Shown here piece after piece: positions 10,491 through 22,069 of a DNA stretch of 64,000 nucleotides (the stretch's first letter is position 1; every line of letters starts with the position of its first letter). The notes below the pieces were generated by a model. That model was given only the letters and a program-made list of their open reading frames with translations, searched no databases and had not been told where the DNA came from. Origin of the DNA: Eutreptiella sp. 'Long Island Sound 2002' (lineage: Eukaryota; Protista; Euglenida). The translations under genes and the position numbers were made by a program. Where the stretch lies: NCBI GenBank assembly GCA_964036045.1, contig OZ038378.1:7130001-7194000 (forward strand). Direction: 5' to 3'.

Positions 10491-11951
10491 TTGACCACAG
10501 TGGGGTGCCCCATGCGAGGCCGCATCCCTCCTGATGAGGATGCGTGGTTGTACCGCAAGTGGCAAACAGAGGTGGACGTGGATTCCCTCTTGCAAGCTAC
10601 CTTGCCCCCTGGTCCTGTTGAGGATGAGGGGGACTCGTACGAGGCGCTCGTACTAGCTGGTAGGGTGAGCGAGCTTTCAAATACCGCCACTCCAGAGCAA
10701 GATGCTGTGGTGCCTGTCCTTGCCCCTCCCTCCAACGTAGCCAAGCCGTTGATGGCCGGCATTTCCGAGGAGGAGGATACTGCTATCCCTGTGGCTCCAG
10801 CACGGATGGCGACCCGCCGGACGCCTGTCGATGAAACCAAGCCTCTTGTTGTGGGAGATTGGTTAAGCGACAAGGACATTGTTGCGTGGCAGAACGACAA
10901 GTTGTACCACAATGAGGTCGAGGAGCCACGGGCATGGACTATGGCGGTGACATACATTGCGTCCTGCTTGAATAGGATGAGGAAGTACGAAGACAGTAAG
11001 GGCAACAACCATAAAACAGTTCGTTTGGCTTGGAGGCGGCGCCACATATTTATTGTTAATAGTGACGCTCGCGAAGGGCTCCATTGGTTTCTTTGTGCCA
11101 TCGACTGCAAAGTCCCAGTATGGGCCTTCAAAGTCCACATTTGGGAGCCACTTTGTGGTACTTGTTTGGTCCGGCCAATGTTGAAGCGCCTCCAGTCAAA
11201 GGGTGTTGCCGCACATACTCGGGCTTTGGGTTTTCAAGAGGATGGTTGGTCATGTGGCTATCAATCGCTGCATCTTTGTGATGAGGTGGCCAACCAAAGG
11301 GGAAGCCTGGACGATGTTGTTGTTACACGTTTGCCGAAAGGATTCTTCAAGGAAGCACTGCGCATCATCAATGCAGATCGCTCCGTCCGAGTCCCCGGCA
11401 CCATCCCGGAGAATGGGTGGGAAAAGGAGTTGACTTGCTGGAAGCCCGGAGAATCTCCTTCTCCTCCAGCCTCCAACCCTAAGTCCCTGCCCCCATCTTC
11501 TTCCCCCCTCCTTTTCGATGAAGAGGATCCTCTTTCGGAACCCGAGGGCAACATTGCTGCCTCCTCCTCGGAACCAACGGTGGAAGAATTCCCTGCCTTC
11601 CCGGCCTCCAACCCCGAGGACGTGCCCCAAGATGGGAAGTCAGTGAAGGGCAATGTTAAGGCCCCTCCACAAACCCCGCAGTCCACTTCCTCTTCTAACC
11701 CCCCCACAAGTGATGATGCCCGTCCATCCGTGTTCATCTGTCGGAAGTTTTTCAAGGTGCCCGAGGCGTACCCAAAGGGCGCAGAGGGTCGGTTGGTGAA
11801 CGACAAACGGTTTATTCGAGAGCTGGAAGAGATGCTTGTGAAGGACATCCATAACGCTTGTGCGCGGAACACAAATCCGCGTGCAAAGCCGAAGGCATCG
11901 GACACAAAGTCTGATTTGATCTACAAGCGTGTGTTTGGCGACTTCTTGTAG
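10491..11951 (+). CDS. Ulp1/C48-like (clan CE) cysteine protease with a C-terminal SAP/Rho-N-like helical motif; true start uncertain (first in-frame ATG 10512)
   Basis: WLSDKDI, FIVNS..GLHWFL (catalytic His), IWEPL (acid residue), QEDGWSCG (oxyanion Gln and catalytic Cys). Pro/Ser-rich linker, then LEEMLVKDIHNAC..K..DTKSDLI. Confidence 0.8.
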   Translation: MTTVGCPMRGRIPPDEDAWLYRKWQTEVDVDSLLQATLPPGPVEDEGDSYEALVLAGRVSELSNTATPEQDAVVPVLAPPSNVAKPLMAGISEEEDTAIPVAPARMATRRTPVDETKPLVVGDWLSDKDIVAWQNDKLYHNEVEEPRAWTMAVTYIASCLNRMRKYEDSKGNNHKTVRLAWRRRHIFIVNSDAREGLHWFLCAIDCKVPVWAFKVHIWEPLCGTCLVRPMLKRLQSKGVAAHTRALGFQEDGWSCGYQSLHLCDEVANQRGSLDDVVVTRLPKGFFKEALRIINADRSVRVPGTIPENGWEKELTCWKPGESPSPPASNPKSLPPSSSPLLFDEEDPLSEPEGNIAASSSEPTVEEFPAFPASNPEDVPQDGKSVKGNVKAPPQTPQSTSSSNPPTSDDARPSVFICRKFFKVPEAYPKGAEGRLVNDKRFIRELEEMLVKDIHNACARNTNPRAKPKASDTKSDLIYKRVFGDFL

Positions 11952-14472
11952 TTGGCCCCAAGCCATTATGGTTGCATGCGAAGAATGTAGTTTGCCCCAG
12001 GTGACCGGACTCAGGTGGTATCACTGGCTTGAGCTTCGTAGCCGGTGGCGCCGGCAGCAATATAGTCATTTTGATACCGCTTGCCAAAGGCCGAAGGGCA
12101 AATTGCATTTTTTGTTCGCGGTCATGATTCCGCCATCTGCCGCACGTTATTTCCGCCGCCATTTGCCGGCGATGAGTATAAAAACCACCCTTCACGCCAC
12201 GGCTCCATTGCTTTACCCGTGCCGGAGGTACCCAAAATGTCCGTGGGGGCTATATGCTTCACCTCCTCCGGTAGCAATGGCGGTTGTTGGGTGGTTCTTG
12301 TGTTTCCCCGCCTTTTTTTTGGAAAAATGGGTTTTTTTTTCCCATACGCGACTTACGCCAAAAAAAAAAAGTTTACGCGACTTACACCAAAAAAAAAAAA
12401 TTTCCGTCGAAAAAAAAAACGCGACTTACGCCAAAAAAAAAAAGTTACGCGACTTACGCCAAAAAAAAAATGAAAAAGTGACTTACGCTTATTTCCACAA
12501 TCGAGTTACGCTTTCCTCGTGTGCATGGGGCACAGAGTGCACTATGCACCGTCCACATGGAGTGTGGGGCGTGCTGTGCATTGCAAGCCTGGGGCATGGC
12601 GCTCCTTGTGCATTGTGTGCTCCATGTAGGAAGCACCCTATGCACTGCATGCACGAGGCACAAAATGCACTGTGCACTGTGGGCATGAGGCATCAAGTGC
12701 ACTGTAGTCCGTGTGCACCGGCCACCGGTGCACACGGACTACAGTGCACTTGATGTACTGTGGGCATCAGGCATGGGAGGCACTTGCTTTGCACGTATGA
12801 GGTAGACATCGCACCATGCAGGCACGGGGTGTACTATGCATGGTGTGCATCCTATGCACTAAAAGTTACTAAGGCATCTTGCGAGTTGCCGTCCCGCGGC
12901 TTGACACCAAGCCCGCAGAGAGTCAACGGACACGCCTCCACTACTTAGGCAGCATAAGAATCACCGGTTCCAATGGCACATGCTTTGCATGTATGAGATA
13001 GAAAGTGCACCATGCAGTATGTGCATTCAGCACGGAGTGTACTATGCGTGGTGTGTATGGGGCTCAGTGAGCACCACAATCCGTGCATAAGGCATGGAGT
13101 GCACTTACTCTGCAATGTGCGCATGAGGCATGGAGCACTGCCCTGCACAGTGCACTTCTTGCCCCATGTACATAGTGCGCAATACACTACATGCCTCATG
13201 CACACTTTGCACCATGCACACCATGCCTTGTGCACATGGTACATAGTGCACACCATGCCTTATGCATGCACCGTGCACTCCGTGCTTCCTGCACTCCATG
13301 CTTGGTGCATGCAGTGCACAATGCATTCTCTGCCTTGTGCACACAATGCAAAGTTCGTTCTGTGCCTGATGCACCCTATGCCTGGTGGGGAGGGGAGTTG
13401 GTCCCTCTGTACGCAAGGGTGGGAATTCATCTTCCAGTCTAGCCCAGGTATGCACAGGGGTGGAGAAATTGTTCCTATGCCCAATGCCAGAGTGCGTAGA
13501 TGCCGACCCGACCGCTTTCCTGCGTCCCACCGCCCTGGCTCAATGGCTGCCTTCCCCCCTGCCACCCACCCACAGCAATTGCAACCACTGACCTCATGAT
13601 CTTGAAGCACCAATGGCGCTCTGGATCCCCATCCCTTGGCGACATCAGTGGGGCAAGGTGGAGAAGACGGCATCCACAGAGCCCATGGAAATGACCTGCA
13701 CCTCACAGCCATGCATGCAGATGTACTCCCAGGGCCCTTGACAGCTCCTGGGCAGAGGGTCCTCAACTTGCCCTCCCTGTCTCCCCACTGCAGCTGCCTC
13801 CTCTGGCTCTCCCCCATCTTTGTCCATCCCTGTACACACCAGCACAGGGCTAGGGGATGCTGACCCTGTGCTCTGCAACATGTGGCAGAGAGATTATAGC
13901 CACATCTGGGTGCAGGCCAACAGACAAAATCACCACCTCTGCACATGCATGCCCATACCGGGCAGGGAAAGGGTAGCTGCATTCCCAGAGCTCTCGGTGG
14001 CCCCTAGGAGGGGGGGGGGGGTGCTTTCCACGCGGACAACCACACCGGAATGGGGCTCTCCAACAGCACTCCCGTACCGAAAATTCTCGACATGTCTGCT
14101 GGGCTGGAGGAAGAGGACGAGGAGGAGGAGATGCACTCCGATTCTTCATATGGGTATCTCCACGCGTTCTGTGTGGCCGCCCAAAATCGCTGTTTGTGAT
14201 GGGGGAAAACCAACGAGGGAAACACAGCCACAACCCACCCCCTTGGTTTGGGCGTGCACGGCAGAGAATACACAGCAACACCAAAATCAAACACCACCAC
14301 CAAAGAAAATATTTCTCCTGGGTCCCTTCCCCACACTTCAGGCGTTTTCTCTCATTTCTGGAGCTTTCGGCAATTTTGGAGCTGTAGATGTGTAGAGCAC
14401 CGCAAGTGCCTTTCTCACTCGCTGTGTTTCTTGCTCACCAGCATTAATTCTTCTTCTGCCTGCTGGTGTTCC

Positions 14473-14777
14473 ATGGCAGCCACTGGAGCTCCATGCCTGC
14501 GGCCATGCTCAGAATTTTTCCAGAACTACTCAGTGGCTGAGAAAGTCGGGACTGGTCATTTTGCAGAGGTCAAGCGATGTATCGAGCGCAACACACAGCA
14601 GTCTTTTGCGGTGAAACACTGCAAGAAGGTCAAGGATTGGGAAAGCGAGGTACATACAATGAGGCATCTGAAGCATGAACATATCATCACATTGGAAGAC
14701 GTCTTCGACGGGCAGGATGACCTGTACCTCGTCATGGAGCTCGTGCATGGTGGCAACCTCTATGATTTGATCACCAG
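14473..14777 (+). CDS. CaMK-family Ser/Thr protein kinase, exon 1
   Basis: Gly-loop VGTGHFAEVK, FAVKH, HEHIITLEDVF, LYLVMELVHGGNLYDLIT. Donor AG|GT at 14777/14778. Confidence 0.88.
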
Positions 14778-16379
14778 GTTCATCCCTAACTAAACCGCCC
14801 ATTTCTCCTGACCCCCGCTCTCTCTTGTGTTGATTGGTGACCCCACAATCGTGCACTTGTGACACTGCACTTCTGAGTATCTACCCAGACCGTTGTTCAT
14901 GTACCCAGTTGTGGCGAGCGCCCTTAGAACCTCATGCCTTTGGGTGAGGTCCGAGCTGGTGTACTGGTGCCACCAGTGGCCGAACATCGCATATGTCGTC
15001 AGTGGTATCACCCTTCCAGTCTCACCAACAAATGCTGGAATCGGATGATCTGCAACCCCTAGCATACGCTGCATACAAGCAACCGCAGAACCGAACATGA
15101 CAGTGGGTATGCGCCAGTGCAGTCGCTATGTAGCTATGTTGATTGGTGCAAGGGCGCTCTGAAATGACGAGGAGGTGAAGGGCTGTGTCGTTGTATGACA
15201 GGCTATTGTCACACTGTTCACCCCCACACGTTTCATGTGGGATCCATATCAGATTTGGAACATTGTCTTCCAGGCCAGGTTGTATCAAATTCTACGCACC
15301 AAACTCCTGCTTCCTCAGGTCTTCTTGATACGCTCTACATCCTTTTGCAGGTGCGTCCTAGATAGACAGCAAATCCTTGGAGCCAAGTCAAGAAAGCCAT
15401 TCACGCCCCTTATGGCGAGAATTCGTGCAGTTGAGATAAATTCCATTGACAGCAAGGAGCGTGTGGTACCACAGGCACCACTCAGCCTCAGTCCCAACAG
15501 CACCACAGGAGCAACGTGCTGTGTTGAGGACTTGGTCACCATCCCCACATGTGAGGTTGGGAGTATGCATGGAACTGGTGAGACCATTTCCGACCACGGG
15601 GTTCAAAACGACCCACCCTGACTGGTGCCCATTGATCTGCTGAGCCAAACAGTGCAGTGAGCATGAGCGCCATGTAATCAACAGCTGCCCAGGGGCTGCC
15701 CTTGTGAAGGGCCCAAACCTCACTACAGGCCAAATCAACAGGAATCAAGCCAGGGAGCTGGTACTGGCGGATTGATTGAAAGTCCAATCTGTTGTTGCAG
15801 AGGGAATTGCATGTCCCCCTGTGTGGCAGCTTTGGTCTCATCTGTAGCAGCCTGAACAGCATGCAACAAACAATGCACTGAAGTAGGAAGAAGAGCAGCC
15901 AGTGGTAGCATACACTGCAGGCACATGAGCAAAGGCATAGCAGCAGCCAGGCGAACGGGAAGTGGCCACAGCGACTAATGTGCCAAGTTGCCGAGAGAGG
16001 AATGGAGTGGACGAAGGGACAAAGGTGGAAGGGTATGAGGGGCGCTCCAGTACTCCCTCTAGTTTGTTTATGGGGCCAGGGGGCGCCCCATGCCCCCTCT
16101 CACCCCCCTTCTCTGGGCTCAGAGATGCCCAGGGCTTCCCCGAGGGTGTTTTTCGGGTCAAACGACGCCCCGGTACTCCCTCTTGTTCCTTCCTGGGGCA
16201 AGAGGATTGTTCTTGGGGCTAAGTCACGTCCTGATACCACCATCAGCCAGTTCTGGGGCTAGATGCTACCGCCTCCCACCCTGCACAACATGCTGCAGCC
16301 CCCATACGTACACCTCGCTCGTACCCCACCACTGCGTCCCTCCTTTCTCAGCCAAGGGCAATATTGCCATGTGGTGTCT

Positions 16380-16830
16380 CATGGGGCCCACTGACCAACA
16401 GATGTCACATCGCCATTTGACTCCTCACTTTGGGGACCTTAGACGGCATGGGTCACGCAGCCATGTTCATTGCTCCCTACTTTGGGGACACTCAGGAAGG
16501 TTATGCAGCCATTTTGACTCCTCCGTGCCTTGGAGACCCCATGTGGCAGGGGTTATTTAGCCATGTTTATTGCTCCCCACTTTGGGGAACCCCAATAGGC
16601 ACACACTTTCCCCCGTGATTTCTCATGCAGGAGTTTCTACCTGACTGCAGTGGCGGCTGGCAGCTAAGACAATGTCTCCTGCCCCTCCCTCCTAAGACGA
16701 TAACTCCTCCCTGTCTTGGAGACCCCTGCAATGTTTCATTACTTCTGCTTTGGGGACCCCAGACTGCCTGGTTGTGAAGCCATTTTGACCACCCCGTGCT
16801 ATGAGGACCCCATACAGGTTATGTAGCCAT
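16380..16830. repeat. Degenerate tandem repeat with TTTGGGGAC / GCCATGTT cores inside the kinase intron
   Basis: Recurring CTTTGGGGAC, GCCATGTT and CATTTTGAC motifs at irregular ~50-60 bp spacing. Confidence 0.6.
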
Positions 16831-17163
16831 GTTGATACAAAACAATGGTCTAATTCAGGCATCCCAGCACATAGTCAAGCTGACGTGTCTGTCAGTCCAA
16901 AGGACCGCTTTCAGAGTCTGAATTGGTGGAAACATGGAAAAAAAAGAACGCAACAGCTCAACATAATTTTCTGAGTATGCCAGTGAACTGTGCAAGACCG
17001 CTGCAAAAACCCATTTCTAGGGCCATTGAAGTGGCACGGCAGTGTCACCTGGGCAAAAATATCACATTCAGCGAGAAGGCGACAAAGTTATGGTGACGTT
17101 GTAGAATTGGTGGAATGGGCTCTGCACAAGATTCGTTTGGGGTGTGTGGAGACCTTAGTAGGG

Positions 17164-17165
<2 letters not shown>

Positions 17166-17197
<32 letters not shown>
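17166..17197. repeat. (TG)16 microsatellite near the intron 3' end
   Basis: Directly visible. Confidence 0.95.
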
Positions 17198-17198
<1 letters not shown>

Positions 17199-17259
17199 CA
17201 GTAGTGACTGCAGGACGGGTTTGCTGTTGAAGCAGATTGTCACCCTGGGTCTTTTTCAG

Positions 17260-18349
17260 GTCCATCCACTACTCGGAACATGTGGCTGCGCAACTGCTAC
17301 GCAACCTACTGTCGGCTGTGGCGTACATGCATGCAAACCGCGTCGTCCACTGCGACATCAAGCCAGAAAATATCCTCCTGGCGCACGCACTGCCTCAGTC
17401 CCGGCCTGACATCAAGAACAACCCGCGCCTGATGACGGCCATCAAGGTGGCCGATTTCGGGTTTGCTAGAGTTGTGGGTGACCGAGACAGCCTGACACGA
17501 TGCTGCGGGACTCCGTATTACGTCGCACCTGAGGTTCTCAGATGCGGGTACTACAGGGACGGCCCTGCCTATGGCAAAGGCTGCGACGTGTGGTCCGTGG
17601 GGGTCCTGGGGTTTGTGATCCTCACCGGAGTACCGCCTTTCCAGGCCCAGAAGCAGAAGGACCTGTTTGCCTCCATTGTAAAGGGCAAGTGGAGTTTCCC
17701 AAAGTCTTGCGCACTGTCCGATCAGGGTCGCGATTTCTTCCGCAGGCTTCTGGTGCCCGATCCCAGGGCACGCGTAACTGCTGCCGAGGCATTGCAGCAC
17801 CCCTGGATCCATGACAAGTGTGCGAGCAACACCACACATTTGCCGGCGGTACAGGCGGCTGTCGCCAGTTTTCGGCAGTCGTTGGAAATCACGTCAAGGC
17901 ATTCGAAGCACAATGCTTCATGGGTGTACAAAGACTGTGCAGCTGCAAACCGTGGCCAGCAACGAGCGCCTGCTGCACCGAAGCCCCCGCTGGCCACTGA
18001 GCTTATGGGGGGCAAAAGGCGTGAAAGGAAGCTGGTGGTGCAGCGCAAGGACCTCCGTGCTGATGTGAGGTCCGTGTTGGGGATCCTGCAGAGCCACCCG
18101 AGTGTGACCCAGTTGGACTTGAGCCAGGACTCTTGGTGCCCTGAGACTGCCAAGAAGATCCTCCAAGTGCTGGACGGAACCCCAAGTATCCGCGCCGTTG
18201 AAGTTGCTCATGGCACGCTCGTACAGCCCTCGCAACTGAAGTCTATCGAATCAATTGTCGCAGTCAATCGTTCTGCCACAGACCCCTCACATGAGGCAGC
18301 ATCCGGCATACTACCTCCCTTGCCTGCGCCCTTGCGGTGTGCTTCATGA
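17260..18349 (+). CDS. CaMK-family Ser/Thr protein kinase, exon 2 (spliced product ~464 aa)
   Basis: VVHCDIKPENILL, KVADFGFA, CGTPYYVAPEVL, CDVWSVGV, GVPPF, ALQHPW. C-terminal extension contains VTQLDLS (LRR-like). Confidence 0.92.
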
Positions 18350-21029
18350 TGGAGAGTGTCGTCAGCGTCTACCAGATCAGAAATGATCAAGAGGAGGAGC
18401 TGGGTCCAACTGGCTTGTGCCGAACGCTGCACAGCTTGTTGCTTTTGACTTTCAGCAGTGGGTAGAACTGACATGGTCCGGGACTGCTCATGAAACTCAC
18501 TCCTTCCGGACAGTAGTCGCATATCTGGTCAGGGTTTTCCTGATTTTCCGGAACCTTCTTCGAGGAACAGATGCTTCCTGACGTTCCCTCTGGTCCCATC
18601 ATCATGGTGGTGCATTAACACAGAACAAATGTTTGCCAGACCATGTATCGGTATGTCGCAGTTCTGTAATTCGCATATTTGTGTCCCCTTCCGCATTCCC
18701 TCTCTCTGTCAATACTGCCAACCCAGACCACTGTTAATACGTGCAGTTTCCTCTCCGTTTCTCCTTCGCTCTTTCGCTCCTTCTCTCCACTTCTCTCCCT
18801 CCGCCTTCCTCTCCTTATTCATCCCGTTGTGCGCATGCGTGTGCTGCATTCGTGCGATGATGGACGGTCCCTGCAAGCTCATCCGAGGGTGTTCTTTCAC
18901 ACAACACGTTGGAAAACATGATCTCGGGTTGAATGTGCACATGCATACCGTCAGGCCCACACTCAGCGAGTTGCGGTGCTGGTTCTGCGTCCACGGAGTT
19001 GCAGCATCTGATCTCACCAGCACGGGTATCCTCCCCCCCCCCCTGCCACCCCACTCTTCCTTCGGATGTGCCTTCAGTCCGCCCCCGCGGAAGACATTTA
19101 TGATGGCGGGCATGTCCAGTGGATCCTCAGTCCCAGTCTCATCCACCTTCGGATGGGAGCCATCCGCTTCGAGTGCGCCCCCTGCTTTCACACAGTATCG
19201 CTCCCCGTATGCCATGCATCTTCATGTGCATCAGGCCGTGCACAACTGGGTGTCCCCTCAGTGGGTGTTGCATTCCTTGATATGTCGCCTGTTCGCAAAT
19301 CGAGCTCCCTTTTCGAGGAGGTTGAAGTTTACCATTTCTCATATTTCAAGTCCCACTGCCCCATGATTTTGTTCGGGGCCGGCAGGCCTGTTCTGGTCCC
19401 CTCATGGCCCCCGCAAAACTGGTCTGCGCTGGCCCGTATCCCCAAGCGGCACAAGCCAACGGCTCAACTCTGACTTGAGCACAATCATGTCAGAAAGCTC
19501 ACGCTCAAATGCAGGATACTGGCTGGAAGATCTCCAGACAGACATTCGCGTTGCTTTGCTTGGCACCTTCTTCTTTTCTTCTCCTTTTGCCTTGGGCTCC
19601 CATGGCCCCTGATGATCCTTGTAGCTCGTTGAATGGCGACCCCTCGGACTGTTGAACGACCGTCATGCGATCATGTAGTGCTGCAGTAGCCTGGTTCATT
19701 TGATAAGCATTTTGCAATGTTTGGTTTCCTTTTGTCTGGGCACTTGCACTGCAGATTTTGCACTGCCCCTCAAGCTCGTGGCTCACCCCTCGGCTTCAAA
19801 AACCAACAAGTGCGACCAAGCCATAAGGATCTGTACACAATTTGCATATCCAGCAGCTGTAGGCTGTTTATTCTCACACAGCTGTCAACATGTGCAATTT
19901 TCAATGCTGTTCGGATTCGGCTCCCTCCATTTGCATTGATGACCCCTCATGTGATGCCATGGGAGCCTGCATTACCCTCATTGAGAGGCAGTGTGTGTGA
20001 GGCCATGGCATCTGGCAGGTACAACCTGGAGGCTTTGTCTGGACACTTGAACACAAAACTAGAAAGCCTCCTCTGATATCCCCACAGTGATAGCAGCAAT
20101 GGCATCAGCCAATAAAGAAAAAAAGTAAATAATGGTGTGCACCACGCTGCATAAGGATTGAGGGCCTTGGGGACACAGCAGTCTCGGTCGTTATTGATAA
20201 TGCGGTCTGTTCACGTTGTTCCCAATTCTGCTTTGGCATGCACCCATAAATTCTTCGTGATCGTTCTTCCTCTCCTGACCCTTCCATTTACTATTCCATA
20301 GCAGGTTGGTGTGCACCTGTGTTGTGTTCCACCCCTGCCCCCTCTTTCTGTTGCCAAGGTGGCTGGCAGTCGAAATTAAAAAAAACCTCAGTTTGTTGGT
20401 TGCCATTTGCACAAAAGAGTGTGCAGCAGGAGTGTAACGGAGTTTTGTTGCGGCATGTTGGTGCATACAATCGAAAATTTTGATCTGACTTTTTCTTAGT
20501 TGCCGATTTAGGACTCAAGTGTATGCTGTTTCCTTCGCTACATGAGCACCGCAACCAAGAGGGACACGAGAGTTTGCATTGCATTTGAGGGCTAATGGCT
20601 CAAATTATCTGTTGCAGGGACATTCAGTCTATCAGAACTGTCCAGGGAGTACAATGAGGGAGCGTTAGTGCGCAGGGCGCGCGCAGGGCATGTGCAGGGC
20701 AACTTGTTGGGCTATTTCTGATTCCTACCCCTGTTTTTTGGGTGGATTCTGCCACTCAGATGGGTTAGTGGGTGGGTGTGATGGGGCAATTTGGGATGCT
20801 TCCTCTTTGTGGACTTGCCCGTTTTCCACATGAGTGAACGTACAGCCCCTACGCCTGTAGCCTAGGCCAGCACACAAGCAGCAGGACATTGTGAAAGGTG
20901 GCCACTGACGTGACTCGTCTTCCTCCGGGCTGCACATTGCAATGCATGGCTCAATATCCTGCCTGTAGATGTTCTGAATTTTGCCATGCCCCAGCCCTCG
21001 TACACTTGGGCGACCGCCATGCTGGGGCA

Positions 21030-21385
21030 GTGTTGAGGAGATGCCGCACCGGGGGGGCAACACCCGACATCGGGTTATCCTGCAGCGTCCTGAACCTTCA
21101 TGTTGCAAAACCAGCAACAAGGAGAGCTTCAAGGCATGGGGTACGATACCAGCTTGGTAGAAATATTTGGTTGGAGCTTAGCCAGCATAGTGGGCGATAA
21201 CACAGCGGCCATTGCCAGTGTCAAAAAGCTCTCCGCCACCCCGAGGGGAGTCACCCAGAACAAGATCCTACGCAGGATCTTCAACAGGCTCTGGTGGTCT
21301 AGGACCCTTCTACACTTGTTCTGGGTCAAGTCAGAGATGATGCTGGCAGACGCGCTATTCAGGTTGAGTGACACCGGCGAGTGAT
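21030..21385 (+). pseudogene. DIRS/tyrosine-recombinase retrotransposon RNase H remnant
   Basis: GDNTAAIASVKK..LRRIFNRLWW..LHLFWVKSEMMLADALFRL matches the DIRS1-type RNase H pattern DNxxAVxY..W(V/I)P..N.AD.LSR. Confidence 0.65.
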
Positions 21386-21466
21386 GGGCCTGAGTTTGTG
21401 TTGTGCTTGTGAGACCAGAATTCAAGGAGGGAAATCTTGCGAATGTGCAGTTTTTTTTTAAATATA

Positions 21467-21858
21467 CCCCCCCCCCCCCTTGTAATAGCTACGCCCTTGT
21501 AATAGCTACAGTAGGCGTAGGGACCGTATTAATTTGGTACCTAATTTTAATTCGGTACAAATGTAGTGCAGCCGCATAACACATGGGCTTGGTGACAATT
21601 TTGCCAGCTACATAGGGTCATGGACACATTTGTTGTGAGTGTTTGCCCACTTGAACCCACATAGCTCTGATTTGGGGGATATTTGTGTACTATACGTGGG
21701 CTGAGGTTAAGGTGCACACATACCATGCACTCACTCACGTGTATGTCGGTAGTTGTATGTGTTGTGCGCAAGCCACGCCCTTGTAATAGCTACAGTAGGC
21801 GTAGGGACCGTATTAATTCCGTACTTTGGCGTAGCTATTACAAAGGGGGGGGGGGGGG
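21467..21858. mobile_element. TA-flanked MITE with poly-C/poly-G TIRs (long copy, 392 bp)
   Basis: TA|CnTTGTAATAGCTACGCC ... GGCGTAGCTATTACAAAGn|TA. Internal 43-bp direct repeat at 21492-21534 and 21776-21818. Confidence 0.85.
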
Positions 21859-22069
21859 TAAGTCGGCTGAAAAAGTAGCCTTAATTGTCAACATGGATCA
21901 CTTTAGCCATCATTGTAAGTATGAAGCATTCGGACTTCCCACTTAGGAGGGATTAGCAACCATGATGCGGACCTTTTCGTTGGGCGGTGACACCCCACCA
22001 ATAAAATATCATCAAGGTACTGCACAATGATGACAAATTCACGATTCACAGACTCAAGCACGCGGGAGA

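Larger units (their letters stand above)
9701..12518 (+). mobile_element. Mutator-like (MULE) non-autonomous element carrying a Ulp1-type protease
   Basis: 9-bp direct repeat GTGTGCATG at 9692-9700 and 12519-12527. Termini GTGTAAAGCGTAAGTCG vs revcomp GAGGAAAGCGTAACTCG (14/17). Inverted subterminal GCGTAAGTCGC/GCGACTTACGC clusters at both ends. Confidence 0.75.
14778..17259 (+). other. 2482-bp GT-AG intron of the kinase gene, filled with repeats
   Basis: GT at 14778 and TCTTTTTCAG ending at 17259. Splicing restores the frame (LYDLITR|SIHYSEHVAAQLL), matching the CaMK consensus. Confidence 0.88.

Noticed and set aside
9244-13600. Numerous Cys/His-rich ORFs in the TGCAC tracts (also 61200-63500)
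   Set aside because: Artefacts of low-complexity sequence, not metal-binding proteins.
14800-15240. Coding-like minus-strand fragment inside the kinase intron (YAMFGHWWHQY..)
   Set aside because: Short and disrupted; no family motif I can name with confidence.
18629-19790. 245-aa plus-strand ORF and minus-strand fragments after the kinase
   Set aside because: The ORF begins in a CT-rich tract and has no domain signature; the minus-strand frames have many stops.
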